Source: Propionibacteriaceae bacterium
Lineage (GTDB): Bacteria > Actinomycetota > Actinomycetes > Propionibacteriales > Propionibacteriaceae
Length of the DNA stretch: 64,000 bases
Reading direction: 5' to 3'
Assembly (NCBI GenBank): GCA_031267295.1
Contig: JAIRZI010000039.1
Location: 3,683 to 67,682, forward strand
This document shows positions 19,070 through 28,927 of this stretch, in pieces; the first letter of the stretch is position 1; each line of letters opens with the position of its first letter. A program made the translations under genes and the position numbers. The notes under the pieces were generated by a model, which had not been told where the DNA came from, ran no database searches, and worked only from the letters and a program-made list of their open reading frames with translations.

Positions 19070-19287
19070 TGTTCCTTCCATCCGGACTTTCTGGAAAATG
19101 CTGGATCTGCCCAGCGCTTCCTTAACCGTCGGCACCGGAAATCTCACCGGTTCGGCCACTCTAGGACGCTCTTACGAGTGTTGGCGAGTGGTTCGCGGGC
19201 TTTAAGATAACGCTCCATCGTTCATATACAACACGTCAGGAGCGTTTCAATTCACCGCCGGTTCGGAGTTTCACCGACCCCGGATCA
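19070..19287 (-). promoter_or_regulatory. FMN riboswitch (RFN element)
   Basis: Minus strand shows the RFN core blocks in canonical order. They are UGAUCC-GGGGUCGGUGAAACUCCGAACCGGCGGU, then AAAGCCCGCGAACC, then CCGGUGAGAUUUCCGGUGCCGACGGU, then AAAGUCCGGAUGGAAGGAACA. P1 is UGAUCC/GGAACA. The variable hairpins are longer than in the B. subtilis ribD element. Confidence 0.85.
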
Positions 19288-19307
19288 TCGTCTTGCAAGG
19301 ATAGATA

Positions 19308-21230
19308 TTACCAGAGAGTAATTCGCTCGCGTGGCGGAAGCCACATTTTGTCGGATGGCACCACACCAAAGGCGGCAAAGAAAGGGTCAAAGTTACGCAC
19401 AATTTGATTGCAACGCACTTGAGCTGGCGGATGTGGGTCGTTAGCTTTGCGGGCAGAACTTTCTTCCGGGCGCATCAGTATTCGCCAAATGCCCGCATAT
19501 GAGATAAAAAATCGTTGCTTAGCACTCAGACCTTCGATTGGTTCGGGTTCATTCTCGGTGATAGTGCGTCGCCAGGCTCGATAAGACACCAACAACCCTC
19601 CAAGGTCGGCGATAGCTTCATCAACCACTAAGTGTCCGTTCAACCCGATAGCGCTAAGCTGGGCGGAAAAACGCTCAACTATCTCGGCGTAGCGTTCGCG
19701 GTCTTCGGGTAACCACCACTCCGCTAGATGCCCTTCACCGTCGAAGTGGGAACCACGATCATCAAAAGCATGGCTCATTTCGTGGGCGATGATGGCGCCA
19801 ATAGCGCCGTAATTGGCAGCATCGTCAAGCTCGGGGTCGAAGAACGGCGGTTGCAAGAACGCCGCTGGAAAAACAATCTGGTTTTTTGAGAGGTCGTAGT
19901 AGGAGTTAACGACATGGGGCGGGATTTGCCACTGGTCTACAGAGTCGTTGGCGAACAGCCGGTTCACTGCGGTTTCGGTGAGGTGACTGGTGGCTCGCAG
20001 CGCATTGCCTAGTAGGTCGTCGGGTTCTATTAGGAGTGTGGAGTAGTCGTGCCAACTTTTTGGTGCCCCTAAACGCGCCCCCAGCCATGCGAGCTTATGC
20101 AGTGCCCGTTTACGAGTAGCCGGGGTGAGCCAGTGGGCGTTGGCGATGGTGGTTGAGTATTCGGAGGCGATCTCGGCTACCAGGCGTTCGATATGAACTG
20201 CCGTCTGTGTTGGGTAACGGAGTTGAGTGTAGAGCTGACCCATCGCTTCTGCGAGAAAATGTTCCAAGTAGCTCAAAGCGCGTCGTTTGCGCGGTTGCGG
20301 AACGTCCAACCCGGCATACCAGTGGTCAATGAACTCCCAGTGTGCATTAGCGATTGGCGCTGGTGCATAGTCGGCCAACCCTTCGACGACACGCCAAATC
20401 ATCCAGGCACGCCAATCGGCTAGTCGTTCAGTGGTGAGCAGCGCCGCGACAGCTTTGAGATAGTTTTCGTTAGGCACTAGTAGGTACGGGTCGGCGCTAC
20501 CAGCTAGGCCTAACTCCCCCAACATGGCATCCCAGTCGAGACTGGGCATCCAACGCTTTATTCTCCAAAGCCGCCGCCGCCCCGCTTCGCTTTCCACCCG
20601 ACGTGCATCACTGACGGATTCATGCAACGCGGCTAGTTCAGTTTCCAGGTTGTAGGCTCGCTCAGCGATGACATCCGCGTCGGGCAGTGCAACCAGAGTG
20701 AGTAACTGCAACATATGCCTCCGATAAGCGGCACGCAGTTCTTGATGTGCCGGGTCTGTGTAGTAGTCGCGGTTTGGCAACCCAATACCACCGGGTGAAA
20801 AGCGTGGTAAGTAGCTGGTGGGTTCGTTGGGATCGGATACCACGCAGAAGCGCAGGATGGAATCTAGTTGGTGTCTGAGCAGCATTCCGAACCGTGCCGA
20901 TAATCCGGTGAGGTCGCTAAACGCTGCCGCGTCAACGACCAGTTCGTGTAGTAGCGCGTCACCTTTGGCGGCTATGCGTGGCAAATCGACGAATGAAGCG
21001 TAGAAATCGCCGACCAACTGCTCCGGGGTGCCACGTCGGTGACCGACACCGATAGCGGCGATGATGTTTTCCAAATCATGGCGCACGCGCCCATGTACCT
21101 CATGCCACACCCCGACGGCATCCTGGTCAGCAGGAATCGTCGCCTCAGTTAGGAATGTCGCGTTAGTGAAGCGAAACAGATCGTCTTGGGGACGTACCGT
21201 AGCATCCGAGTAAGCGAGTAACGACCTCAT
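19308..21230 (-). CDS. M13 family zinc metallopeptidase (PepO/neprilysin-like endopeptidase)
   Basis: 640 aa with HEMSHAFD zinc motif, EAIADLGG, and a C-terminal NDPHPP...RCNQIVRNFDPF pattern typical of M13. Confidence 0.88.
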   Translation of the reverse strand: MRSLLAYSDATVRPQDDLFRFTNATFLTEATIPADQDAVGVWHEVHGRVRHDLENIIAAIGVGHRRGTPEQLVGDFYASFVDLPRIAAKGDALLHELVVDAAAFSDLTGLSARFGMLLRHQLDSILRFCVVSDPNEPTSYLPRFSPGGIGLPNRDYYTDPAHQELRAAYRRHMLQLLTLVALPDADVIAERAYNLETELAALHESVSDARRVESEAGRRRLWRIKRWMPSLDWDAMLGELGLAGSADPYLLVPNENYLKAVAALLTTERLADWRAWMIWRVVEGLADYAPAPIANAHWEFIDHWYAGLDVPQPRKRRALSYLEHFLAEAMGQLYTQLRYPTQTAVHIERLVAEIASEYSTTIANAHWLTPATRKRALHKLAWLGARLGAPKSWHDYSTLLIEPDDLLGNALRATSHLTETAVNRLFANDSVDQWQIPPHVVNSYYDLSKNQIVFPAAFLQPPFFDPELDDAANYGAIGAIIAHEMSHAFDDRGSHFDGEGHLAEWWLPEDRERYAEIVERFSAQLSAIGLNGHLVVDEAIADLGGLLVSYRAWRRTITENEPEPIEGLSAKQRFFISYAGIWRILMRPEESSARKANDPHPPAQVRCNQIVRNFDPFFAAFGVVPSDKMWLPPRERITLW

Positions 21231-21385
21231 CCGACCAGTTTATTCACCTTTTCTGGAAGCTTTTGCGTCGTGTCTGCTAGACATACCCCATGAGGTGAAA
21301 CAAATCAAGGGTTTTCGCTGGTTGTCGTTGCGGTAATTCGACGCTATCGGACAAGTTATTTTTTTTACGTGGAAGAATCTTATCT

Positions 21386-22621
21386 GTGCAGATTTATCTT
21401 GACCATGCGGCGACCACTCCGATGTTGCCGGTGGCTATTGACGCTTGGCAGTTGGCCGCTGCTGAAATTGGCAATGCAGCTGCGCTACATGCAGCCGGGA
21501 GGAATGTGCGCCGTATCGTTGAGGAATCCCGAGAACAGATCGCTGCCGCTGTGGGGGCACACCCAGCGGAGGTGGTGTTCACTTCGGGTGCTACGGAAGC
21601 TGACAATCTGGCGGTGTTAGGTATCGCGCGTGCGCGGCGCGCTGCTGACCCTAGGGCAAATCGAGTACTGCTGAGCGCCGTCGAACATCCGGCAGTACAT
21701 GCGGCTGCTTGGCAACTCGCCGCAGAGAAGTTCGAGATCGTCGAGATACCAGTAGGGCGCGATGGCGGGCTACAACTTGCTGCCTTACAAGCCGAAATGG
21801 CAGCTAATCCGGTACAGGTGGCGTTACTAAGTTGTGTATGGGTGAACAACGAGATTGGTGTCATTGAACCGATTCCGGCAGTGTGTGACATGGCAGCAAC
21901 GGCGGGTATACCAGTGCACTCTGACGCGGTACAAGCTTTAGGGGTGTTGCCGGTAAGTTTCAACGCCGTAGCGGCAGAACTGAGCGCTATCAGCATCTCA
22001 GCGCACAAAGTGGGCGGCCCTGTCGGAGTGGGGGCGTTGTTGGTGCGGCGCACCACGCCGATTGTGCCCATCAGTTATGGTGGCGGCCAAGAACGCCAAC
22101 TGCGTTCCGGAACTCTCGCCGCACCTCTAGTTGCTTCTTTTGCAGCGGCGTTAGATGAGGTGGTTCGGGAACGTACTGCGCGGGTGGCTGCACTTTACAA
22201 ACTGCGTAACAAGTTGACGCAGGGGTTGATTGCGCTAGGAGCAGAGATAATTGGGGGGGTGTCGGAAATGGAGCTGCCGCCGGGCGAAACATCGGATGCT
22301 TCGGCTATTGGGTTAGCGACACCCGTCGAACTTTGTAGACCAACGCAAGCTCCCCATATCTGCTATGCACTTTTCCCAGGCCATCGAGCGGAAACGCTGT
22401 TGATGCTACTCGACGATGCCGGAGTTGCCGCATCCGCTGGAACGGCATGTAGTGCGGGTGTGGTGCGTCCTAGTGAAACGCTGTTGGCGTTGGGCTATCC
22501 GACACGCGCGGCGCTCTCTGGAGTGCGATTTTCGTTAGGTTGGACTACCACTCAAGACGACATCGCCACGCTGCAAGCGGTGCTGCCAACGGTGTTAGCG
22601 CGTTCAAAGGCAGCTATCTGA
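21386..22621 (+). CDS. cysteine desulfurase (class V aminotransferase, NifS/IscS-like)
   Basis: [11 protein letters not shown]-terminus and the PLP-lysine region [17 protein letters not shown]. It is adjacent to mnmA. GTG start at 21386. Confidence 0.88.
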   Translation: MQIYLDHAATTPMLPVAIDAWQLAAAEIGNAAALHAAGRNVRRIVEESREQIAAAVGAHPAEVVFTSGATEADNLAVLGIARARRAADPRANRVLLSAVEHPAVHAAAWQLAAEKFEIVEIPVGRDGGLQLAALQAEMAANPVQVALLSCVWVNNEIGVIEPIPAVCDMAATAGIPVHSDAVQALGVLPVSFNAVAAELSAISISAHKVGGPVGVGALLVRRTTPIVPISYGGGQERQLRSGTLAAPLVASFAAALDEVVRERTARVAALYKLRNKLTQGLIALGAEIIGGVSEMELPPGETSDASAIGLATPVELCRPTQAPHICYALFPGHRAETLLMLLDDAGVAASAGTACSAGVVRPSETLLALGYPTRAALSGVRFSLGWTTTQDDIATLQAVLPTVLARSKAAI

Positions 22622-22736
22622 TGATGTTCTCACAAGATGCTGGGCGATGCCGAGAAATATTAGCGCTAAACACAGCAGCAACGAAAGAAGTGCGGGATGT
22701 CCGAGAGCACATCGGGCTTCACAATCAGGAGACGAT

Positions 22737-23819
22737 ATGGCGCGTTTGATAGCGGCTCTCTCGGGCGGTGTAGATTCTGCAGTGGCGGCGGCACGCATGG
22801 TAGACGCTGGCCACGATGTCACTGCTGTGCATTTGGCACTCACCCGTAACCCAGCGTTGCACCGTAGCGGTTCCCGCGGATGTTGCTCATTGGAGGATGC
22901 CCATGACGCAAAACGTATCGCAGACGCTCTCGGCATCGCGTTTTATATCTGGGATATTTCGGAACAGTTTCATAGTGAAGTGGTAGATAACTTTGTAGCA
23001 GAGTATGCCGCAGGCCGTACCCCGAACCCGTGTCTGCGTTGTAATGAACGCATCAAGTTTGCGGCGATGTTGCAAAGGGCGCTGGCGTTAGGTTACGACG
23101 GATTGGTCACTGGACATTACGCCACCGTGCAGCGTGACGCTACTGGAGGTGTGACGTTGCATCGTTCCCGCGACATCGCCAAAGATCAAAGCTATGTGCT
23201 GGGAGTAATGAACTCTCTACAGTTACAGCACTCCTACTTTCCACTAGGCGATTCATTGAAGAGTGAAGTACGTGCCGAAGCGGCACAACGGGGATTGTTG
23301 GTGGCTGACAAGCCGGATTCATACGACATCTGTTTCATCGCAGACGGCGATACCGGCGGTTGGCTAGCTAATTTTCTTGGATCGCGCCCCGGTATCATCA
23401 CCGATGAGACCGGGGAAACACTGGGAACGCATGACGGTATTTATCGGTTCACCATCGGACAGCGCAAAGGGTTAGCGCTCTCTCGTCCGGCGGCTAACGC
23501 TCAGCCTAGGTATGTATTGGGGATTGACGCGGCTTCTAATCGAGTGACTGTTGGCGCTAAGGAACGTTTAGCGGTTACCGTTTTGCAGTGCAGTGCGCCG
23601 ATTTTCTGCGGCAGTAACCCCCCTACAGTCTGGGAAGGTAGCGTGCAGGTGCGAGCACATGCTCCCGAGGTGGCGGCTACCATTATCACAACCGACGATA
23701 CTGAGCGTGTGCTAGTGCAACTGCACTCCCCCATCATCGGGGTTGCGCCTGGTCAAACGGCAGTGTGCTATGACGGAAGCCGGGTAGTTGGTTCAGCGAT
23801 GATTACGGCAACTTCTTAA
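22737..23819 (+). CDS. mnmA: tRNA 2-thiouridine(34) synthase MnmA
   Basis: PP-loop [12 protein letters not shown], then [12 protein letters not shown] and KDQSYVL motifs. Start moved to ATG 22737 (MARLIAAL) with an AGGAGA RBS. Confidence 0.9.
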   Translation: MARLIAALSGGVDSAVAAARMVDAGHDVTAVHLALTRNPALHRSGSRGCCSLEDAHDAKRIADALGIAFYIWDISEQFHSEVVDNFVAEYAAGRTPNPCLRCNERIKFAAMLQRALALGYDGLVTGHYATVQRDATGGVTLHRSRDIAKDQSYVLGVMNSLQLQHSYFPLGDSLKSEVRAEAAQRGLLVADKPDSYDICFIADGDTGGWLANFLGSRPGIITDETGETLGTHDGIYRFTIGQRKGLALSRPAANAQPRYVLGIDAASNRVTVGAKERLAVTVLQCSAPIFCGSNPPTVWEGSVQVRAHAPEVAATIITTDDTERVLVQLHSPIIGVAPGQTAVCYDGSRVVGSAMITATS

Positions 23820-23910
23820 GCCGTAACGAACAAATTACTGGTATCGCATCCGGCGAGTAGCTGCTGTGTAACCATTTCGGGTAAGATTACTGCCCGCAAG
23901 GAATTGCAGT

Positions 23911-23985
<75 letters not shown>

Positions 23986-24097
23986 TAGTCGCTAAGCTTC
24001 TTTCCGCTAGGTACTGCGCTAAACTGCTGCCGCTAAGTAACGCATTAAGCAGTGTGGTGGTACTAAAACCGTCAGTAGTACCGGTTACACTCAGAGC

Positions 24098-25915
24098 ATG
24101 TCTACGGCACTAGAACTTTTGCGCCAAGTGTTCGGCTATCAGGAGTTTCGCGGACAACAAGCGCAGATCATCGAACATGCGACTGCTGGCGGGGATGCTT
24201 TAGTTTTGATGCCGACGGGTGGCGGTAAATCGTTGTGTTACCAGATTCCAGCGCTACTGCGCAGCGGGGTTGCCGTCGTGGTTTCACCACTCATCGCTTT
24301 GATGCAAGATCAAGTGAATGCGGTGCAACAACTCGGCTTGCGAGGTGCTTTCCTTAACTCCACTCAGGCATGGAGCGAGCAGCGCAACACCATACAAGCA
24401 GTGCTAGAAGACGAACTTGATCTGCTCTATGTCGCCCCAGAACGATTATTGAGTGCCGACACCCTAGAACTGTTGCATGATACTAATATTGCGTTGTTCG
24501 CAGTTGATGAGGCGCACTGCGTCTCGCAGTGGGGGCATGATTTTCGTCCGGATTACTTGGGGTTGAGTGTACTCTGCGAGGAGTGGCCTGACGTGCCGCG
24601 AATGGCTTTGACCGCTACCGCAACCACTCGCACCAGAGAAGAGATCATCACACAGCTTAGGCTACAGAACGCTCGGGTGTTTGTGTCTTCGTTTGATCGT
24701 CTCAACATCAAATATCAAATCAAACCTAAAATACAAGCTCGCAAACAGCTATTACATTTTATCAACAGCGAGCATTCCGATGATTCGGGCATCGTCTACA
24801 CTCAATCGCGCGCCAGTACAGAGCAGTTAGCTAAGTTTTTAACTGATAACGCAATCAAGGCTTTGCCCTACCATGCCGGAATGGATCCGGTAGCCAGAGC
24901 GGAAACACAGGCCACTTTTCTACGCGAAGATAACATAGTGGTGGTGGCCACTGTCGCGTTTGGAATGGGCATCGACAAACCAGACGTGCGGTTCGTAGCA
25001 CATGTTGATATTCCCAAGTCGGTAGAAGGTTACTATCAAGAAACCGGACGCGCCGGACGTGATGGAGAACCCGCCGATGCTTGGATGGTCTACGGGTTAC
25101 AAGATGTGATTCGGCAACGGCAGTTCATCGCAGCTGCCAACTCCGATACTGCATATAAAGCACACGCTACCGAACAACTAAACGCCATGCTCGCACTGTG
25201 TGAAACGCCACAGTGCCGGCGTGCGCGCATCCTGAACTACTTTGGCGAGCAAGCAGTGCGCTGCAACAACTGTGACAACTGTCTTACTCCACCAACCACT
25301 TGGGATGCCACCACGGCAGCGCAGAAACTGTTATCTACCATCTGGCGACTGCACCATGAATACAAACAGCACTTTGGTACCGGGCAGTTAAGTGATATTC
25401 TCACCGGCATCCGCAGCGATAAAGTGCTGCAGTGGCACCATGACAAACTAACCACTTTCGGATGTGCCGCCGACGTTTCACCAGCCACCTGGTTCATTCT
25501 CGTCAGACATCTGCTGGCCAACGGAGATTTGAACGTGGGTTCGCACTCCGAACTATTATTCAATTCACGAAGCCACGAAATATTGTATGGAGAACGTCCG
25601 GTGATTTTACGAGTGAGCGAGTCGCCGAAACCTATCAAGAAAACGCGCCAACCAGCAAACATGCTAGCTAAACAGCGCACCCCAACTGATGTTCCAACTG
25701 AAGTTTTTGAGGCTTTGCGTACTTGGCGTTCCGGCACCGCAAAGGAGCAGTCGTTACCGGCTTACATCATTTTCCACGACTCCACTTTGCGCGCTATTGC
25801 GGCAGTTCACCCCAGCACGCTGGCGGAGCTTGCGGAAGTCTCGGGTGTCGGTGAAACAAAACTGAACCGTTATGGGCAAGCCATTTTAGACGTACTCAAA
25901 TCTGCCGCCACTTAA
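24098..25915 (+). CDS. recQ: ATP-dependent DNA helicase RecQ
   Basis: FGYQEFRGQQAQII, MPTGGGKSLCYQIPAL, DEAHCVSQWGHDFRPDY, a Zn-finger region CRRARILNYFGE..CNNCDNC and a C-terminal HRDC domain. Confidence 0.93.
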   Translation: MSTALELLRQVFGYQEFRGQQAQIIEHATAGGDALVLMPTGGGKSLCYQIPALLRSGVAVVVSPLIALMQDQVNAVQQLGLRGAFLNSTQAWSEQRNTIQAVLEDELDLLYVAPERLLSADTLELLHDTNIALFAVDEAHCVSQWGHDFRPDYLGLSVLCEEWPDVPRMALTATATTRTREEIITQLRLQNARVFVSSFDRLNIKYQIKPKIQARKQLLHFINSEHSDDSGIVYTQSRASTEQLAKFLTDNAIKALPYHAGMDPVARAETQATFLREDNIVVVATVAFGMGIDKPDVRFVAHVDIPKSVEGYYQETGRAGRDGEPADAWMVYGLQDVIRQRQFIAAANSDTAYKAHATEQLNAMLALCETPQCRRARILNYFGEQAVRCNNCDNCLTPPTTWDATTAAQKLLSTIWRLHHEYKQHFGTGQLSDILTGIRSDKVLQWHHDKLTTFGCAADVSPATWFILVRHLLANGDLNVGSHSELLFNSRSHEILYGERPVILRVSESPKPIKKTRQPANMLAKQRTPTDVPTEVFEALRTWRSGTAKEQSLPAYIIFHDSTLRAIAAVHPSTLAELAEVSGVGETKLNRYGQAILDVLKSAAT

Positions 25916-26000
25916 ATACCCCTCCTATACCTTTACATATCGCGTAGCATTTTTTCTATTACTTCTATACATCACAGGCAAAGCACTAACAGTTGTGGCG

Positions 26001-26022
26001 TGGGTGACAACCACTGCTTGTT
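26001..26022. repeat. 22-bp exact copy of an internal cobC segment (second copy 26215..26236)
   Basis: tgggtgacaaccactgcttgtt occurs at 26001..26022 (intergenic, downstream of the cobC stop) and at 26215..26236 (inside cobC, coding QAVVVTHA). The flanks show weaker similarity. Confidence 0.8.
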
Positions 26023-26069
26023 TTCCCGCACCGCCACCTTGCTAGTTACTGGAGTAAGCGTCGTGTTTT

Positions 26070-26639
26070 TCAGCGTAACGCTAGGAGCCGGTTAGTAAAC
26101 GGATCCGTGCCGAGTGATAACTGCAACACTCCGGCGAACCCAACCTCTAATCGGAAAGAGTTGGCAAGCGGCAGTCCCAACGCCCAAGCAGTCAGCGCTC
26201 GAATAGGGCCGGCATGGGTGACAACCACTGCTTGTTCGTCGCCGCTTGCCAACAAGTCGGTGGCGAACGACACCACTCGGGTCTGCAGATCAAAGAAACT
26301 TTCCCCACCTGGCACTGGGGTATTAACGAAATCATCCCCCCACTTCTTGATGTCTGCAATGGGTAGATCGTTCCATGGAGTCAACTCCCAATGTCCGAAA
26401 TCTAGTTCGCGGATGCGTGCATCAAGCACCGGGTCGGCTCCCAAGCCACGCGCCAAATCAGCAGCTCTGCTGAGTGGGGAAGCGAACCAAGGCCAACTCC
26501 AAGCGTCGCTGGGAAGAATGCTGTTCACGCAGGCGATGGACTCATCCATCACTGCGGGAGCCACCGGCACATCAGTCGCTCCATAACACATCCCATAGCC
26601 ATAAACGGTGCGGGGATGCCGCACTAGAAACAGAATCAT
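26070..26639 (-). CDS. cobC: histidine phosphatase family protein, probable alpha-ribazole-5'-phosphate phosphatase (CobC)
   Basis: N-terminal ILFLVRHPRT (RH motif) and VVTHAGPIRAL second His motif. It is directly downstream of cobS. Start set at ATG 26639 (GGAG RBS); ATG 26702 is an alternative. Confidence 0.6.
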   Translation of the reverse strand: MILFLVRHPRTVYGYGMCYGATDVPVAPAVMDESIACVNSILPSDAWSWPWFASPLSRAADLARGLGADPVLDARIRELDFGHWELTPWNDLPIADIKKWGDDFVNTPVPGGESFFDLQTRVVSFATDLLASGDEQAVVVTHAGPIRALTAWALGLPLANSFRLEVGFAGVLQLSLGTDPFTNRLLALR

Positions 26640-26747
26640 ACAAACATCTCCAATTGGTGTAGTAATATTTACGAACTCGAAGCGTTTTACGCCTGCAATC
26701 ATTGTTTGCTTTTCTGTTGGGCGAGCGCGCAACTGTAGCACTCGCCA

Positions 26748-27590
26748 TTATGCCAACACCGCTCCGGGTAGCAGTAACCGGGCGGCTACCAAGATTGCCA
26801 ACAGCACTACCTGTTCGGTTATCTGCTGTGCGGCTCCCAAACAGTCGCCGGTGTAGCCGCCGAGTCGCTTACGAAACCAAGCTCCCAGCGGCAACACACT
26901 CAGCCAAGCTAGCAGTGCCGCTCCCCCACCAATGGCCAACCGGAGCCAAGCATCTTCATCGACGGAAAGAGCCAGCAAACTCAACGCTAACAGCATCCAC
27001 AATGAGCCGAACAGAAAACTGCCACGCTTAATCGAACGCCCTATCGGTTTCACCTTGCTAGTGAGATCATTTCGCGCATACTCATAACGCAGAATTACCC
27101 AAGTTACCGCCCACCGACTGACCACCTGCGCAAAGATCACTGTGGGAATCACAAACCAGGTTTGCACAATCCACCGGCCGGTCTCGCCAGTTAAAAATGC
27201 GATGAGCACGGCGATTTTCAACGCGAACAGCAGTACCATAGCGATAACGCCGTACGCTCCCACACGGCTATCTTTCATAATCTCTAATGTGCGCTCTGGA
27301 GTAGTACCGCCCCCAAAGCCGTCACAGACATCAGCGAAGCCATCCTCGTGGAACGCGCCGGTCAACAATACACCGCCCACCAGTGCCAATACGATTGCCA
27401 CCGCTACTGGCAACACCAGGTGTAATGCCCAGATAAGTGTTCCCACAACACCCCCCACTAACCAGCCGATCAGTGGAAAGTAGCGAGTGGAAGCGTTCAA
27501 CTGTTCGGGCGAATATCCCACCCAGTCGGGTACCGGTATTCGGGTATAAAACATCACAGCAGTGAACAGAAGACGGATTTCATAAGCCAC
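26748..27590 (-). CDS. cobS: adenosylcobinamide-GDP ribazoletransferase (cobalamin synthase CobS)
   Basis: 280-aa polytopic protein with the CobS pattern (FYTRIPVP, FHEDGFADVCDGFGGG). GTG start at 27590. Confidence 0.85.
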   Translation of the reverse strand: MAYEIRLLFTAVMFYTRIPVPDWVGYSPEQLNASTRYFPLIGWLVGGVVGTLIWALHLVLPVAVAIVLALVGGVLLTGAFHEDGFADVCDGFGGGTTPERTLEIMKDSRVGAYGVIAMVLLFALKIAVLIAFLTGETGRWIVQTWFVIPTVIFAQVVSRWAVTWVILRYEYARNDLTSKVKPIGRSIKRGSFLFGSLWMLLALSLLALSVDEDAWLRLAIGGGAALLAWLSVLPLGAWFRKRLGGYTGDCLGAAQQITEQVVLLAILVAARLLLPGAVLA

Positions 27591-27671
27591 ATGTATAGAC
27601 TAGAGGTACAACTGAATATAAATGCGTGGGCATGTCGTCCTTGGTACTTAATAAATATGAATATTTAATAA

Positions 27672-27820
27672 CGCCAAGGCGACAAGGGAAGCAGGTGTGA
27701 GTCCTGCGCGGTGCCGCCGCTGTGAACGGGGAATACCGGTCGATTGTAACCACTGGAGTGTACTCTGGGAAGGACGATCAGGTGTGACGATCCGTGAGCC
27801 AGAAGACCTGTTCGCGTACC
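27672..27820 (+). promoter_or_regulatory. cobalamin (B12) riboswitch
   Basis: AAGGGAAGCAGGUGUGAGUCCUGCGCGGUGCCGCCGCUGUGAACGGGGAA, then CCACUGGAG...CUGGGAAGG, then the B12 box GUGAGCCAGAAGACCUG. It lies upstream of btuFCD. Confidence 0.9.
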
Positions 27821-27873
27821 CCAAGGAATCACTCACGAGTATGAGTCTCCAGCGGCGAAAATGTACTAGAAAA

Positions 27874-27908
27874 TGCGTTCTGTGCTTAGCACGGATCGCA
27901 TATTTTTT
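27874..27908 (+). terminator. intrinsic terminator (B12 riboswitch expression platform)
   Basis: 12-bp stem UGCGUUCUGUGC / GCACGGAUCGCA (one mismatch, one G-U) with loop UUA, followed by UAUUUUUU. It sits 38 nt upstream of the btuF ATG. Confidence 0.75.
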
Positions 27909-27945
27909 CGCTTACGCGCCGCAACGGAGAGTTAGGAGCACACTA

Positions 27946-28896
27946 ATGCGGCGTTTCACCGCAATCTTATCCACGGCACTGTTGATGCTGACAACGTTTA
28001 CCGCTTGTTCGTCCGACACCCCGACTAATCCCACATCCGTTACTACAACCGATACGTCTATCACCGTCACCGATCAGATGGGACGCAGCGTCACTCTATC
28101 CGAACCGGCAGACTCCATAGTCGGGCTTACAGCATCCGACATTGAGATAATCTATGCACTGGGTAGCGGTAGCGCTGTTGTGGGGCGGGGTGAGTACTGC
28201 AACTACCCAGAAGAGGTGTCAAGCGTTCCGGTAGTTCAGTCAGGTAATGAAACCAACATTGAGCAGATTATCGCATTAAAACCCGACATCGTTTTTGTGG
28301 ACACTATGGCGCAGACCCCGGAACAGACCACAAAACTTGAAGCCGCAGGTATCGCAGTGTTCGTCACTGATGCCGACACCATTGCGGAAACTTACGACTC
28401 GATCACCCTTATCGGCAAAGTGTTAGGCAAAGACACCGAAGCCACCACGATCGTGTCTCAGATGAAAGCGCAGTTCGCCACGCTGGAAGTTAATGCGCAA
28501 GCTGCGGTACGCGAAAATGGCGGAGTACGCAAAAGCGTTTACTTTGAGGTATCGCCGTTGGAGTATGGTCTATGGGCTGCCGGTAGCGAAACTTTCATGG
28601 ACGAAGTGGCAAAACTGTTAGCGCTAGATAACATTTTTAGCGACGTACAAGGATGGGCTGCCGTGAGCGCTGAACAGGTGTTGGAACGCAAACCGGATGT
28701 GATTCTCACCGTCGGTATGTATTTTGGCGAAGGGCCGACACCCATCGAATCTATCCTGCAGCGCGCCGGCTGGGAAAGCGTTCCGGCGGTAGCCAATCAG
28801 GCGATCATTAACCTGACAGCGGACGAACTGTCCCGGCCTGGCCCTCGACTGGCTCTCGGAGCGCAAGAACTGTTCAACTTCGTATACGGCAGTTAG
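27946..28896 (+). CDS. btuF: cobalamin/cobamide ABC transporter substrate-binding lipoprotein (BtuF-like, PBP type 8)
   Basis: The signal peptide with lipobox (MRRFTAILSTALLMLTTFTAC) starts at ATG 27946 with an AGGAG RBS. The upstream part of ORF 27697.. overlaps the riboswitch and was discarded. Function is assigned from the riboswitch and FecCD/ATPase neighbours. Confidence 0.8.
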   Translation: MRRFTAILSTALLMLTTFTACSSDTPTNPTSVTTTDTSITVTDQMGRSVTLSEPADSIVGLTASDIEIIYALGSGSAVVGRGEYCNYPEEVSSVPVVQSGNETNIEQIIALKPDIVFVDTMAQTPEQTTKLEAAGIAVFVTDADTIAETYDSITLIGKVLGKDTEATTIVSQMKAQFATLEVNAQAAVRENGGVRKSVYFEVSPLEYGLWAAGSETFMDEVAKLLALDNIFSDVQGWAAVSAEQVLERKPDVILTVGMYFGEGPTPIESILQRAGWESVPAVANQAIINLTADELSRPGPRLALGAQELFNFVYGS

Positions 28897-28927
28897 GTAG
28901 CACAGGTCGAACGCTAAGAATCCACTA

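Noticed and set aside
19070-19287. Initial impressions of a degenerate cobalamin riboswitch (GGUGAGAUUUCCGG, GGUUAAGGAA) or an SRP-RNA-like GUCCGGAUGGAAGG motif
   Set aside because: Reading the whole minus-strand leader shows all RFN (FMN) core blocks in order. There is no B12 box, and the SRP AGCAGC motif is absent.
21394-22071. 225-aa ORF antisense to the cysteine desulfurase gene
   Set aside because: It is an Ala/Ser/Thr/Cys-rich low-complexity translation typical of the antisense frame of a GC-rich gene. The sense strand has clear homology.
27697-27945. N-terminal 83 codons of ORF 27697..28896 (MSPARCRRCERG...)
   Set aside because: This stretch is the cobalamin riboswitch and its terminator read as protein. 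A textbook lipoprotein signal peptide with an AGGAG RBS starts at 27946.
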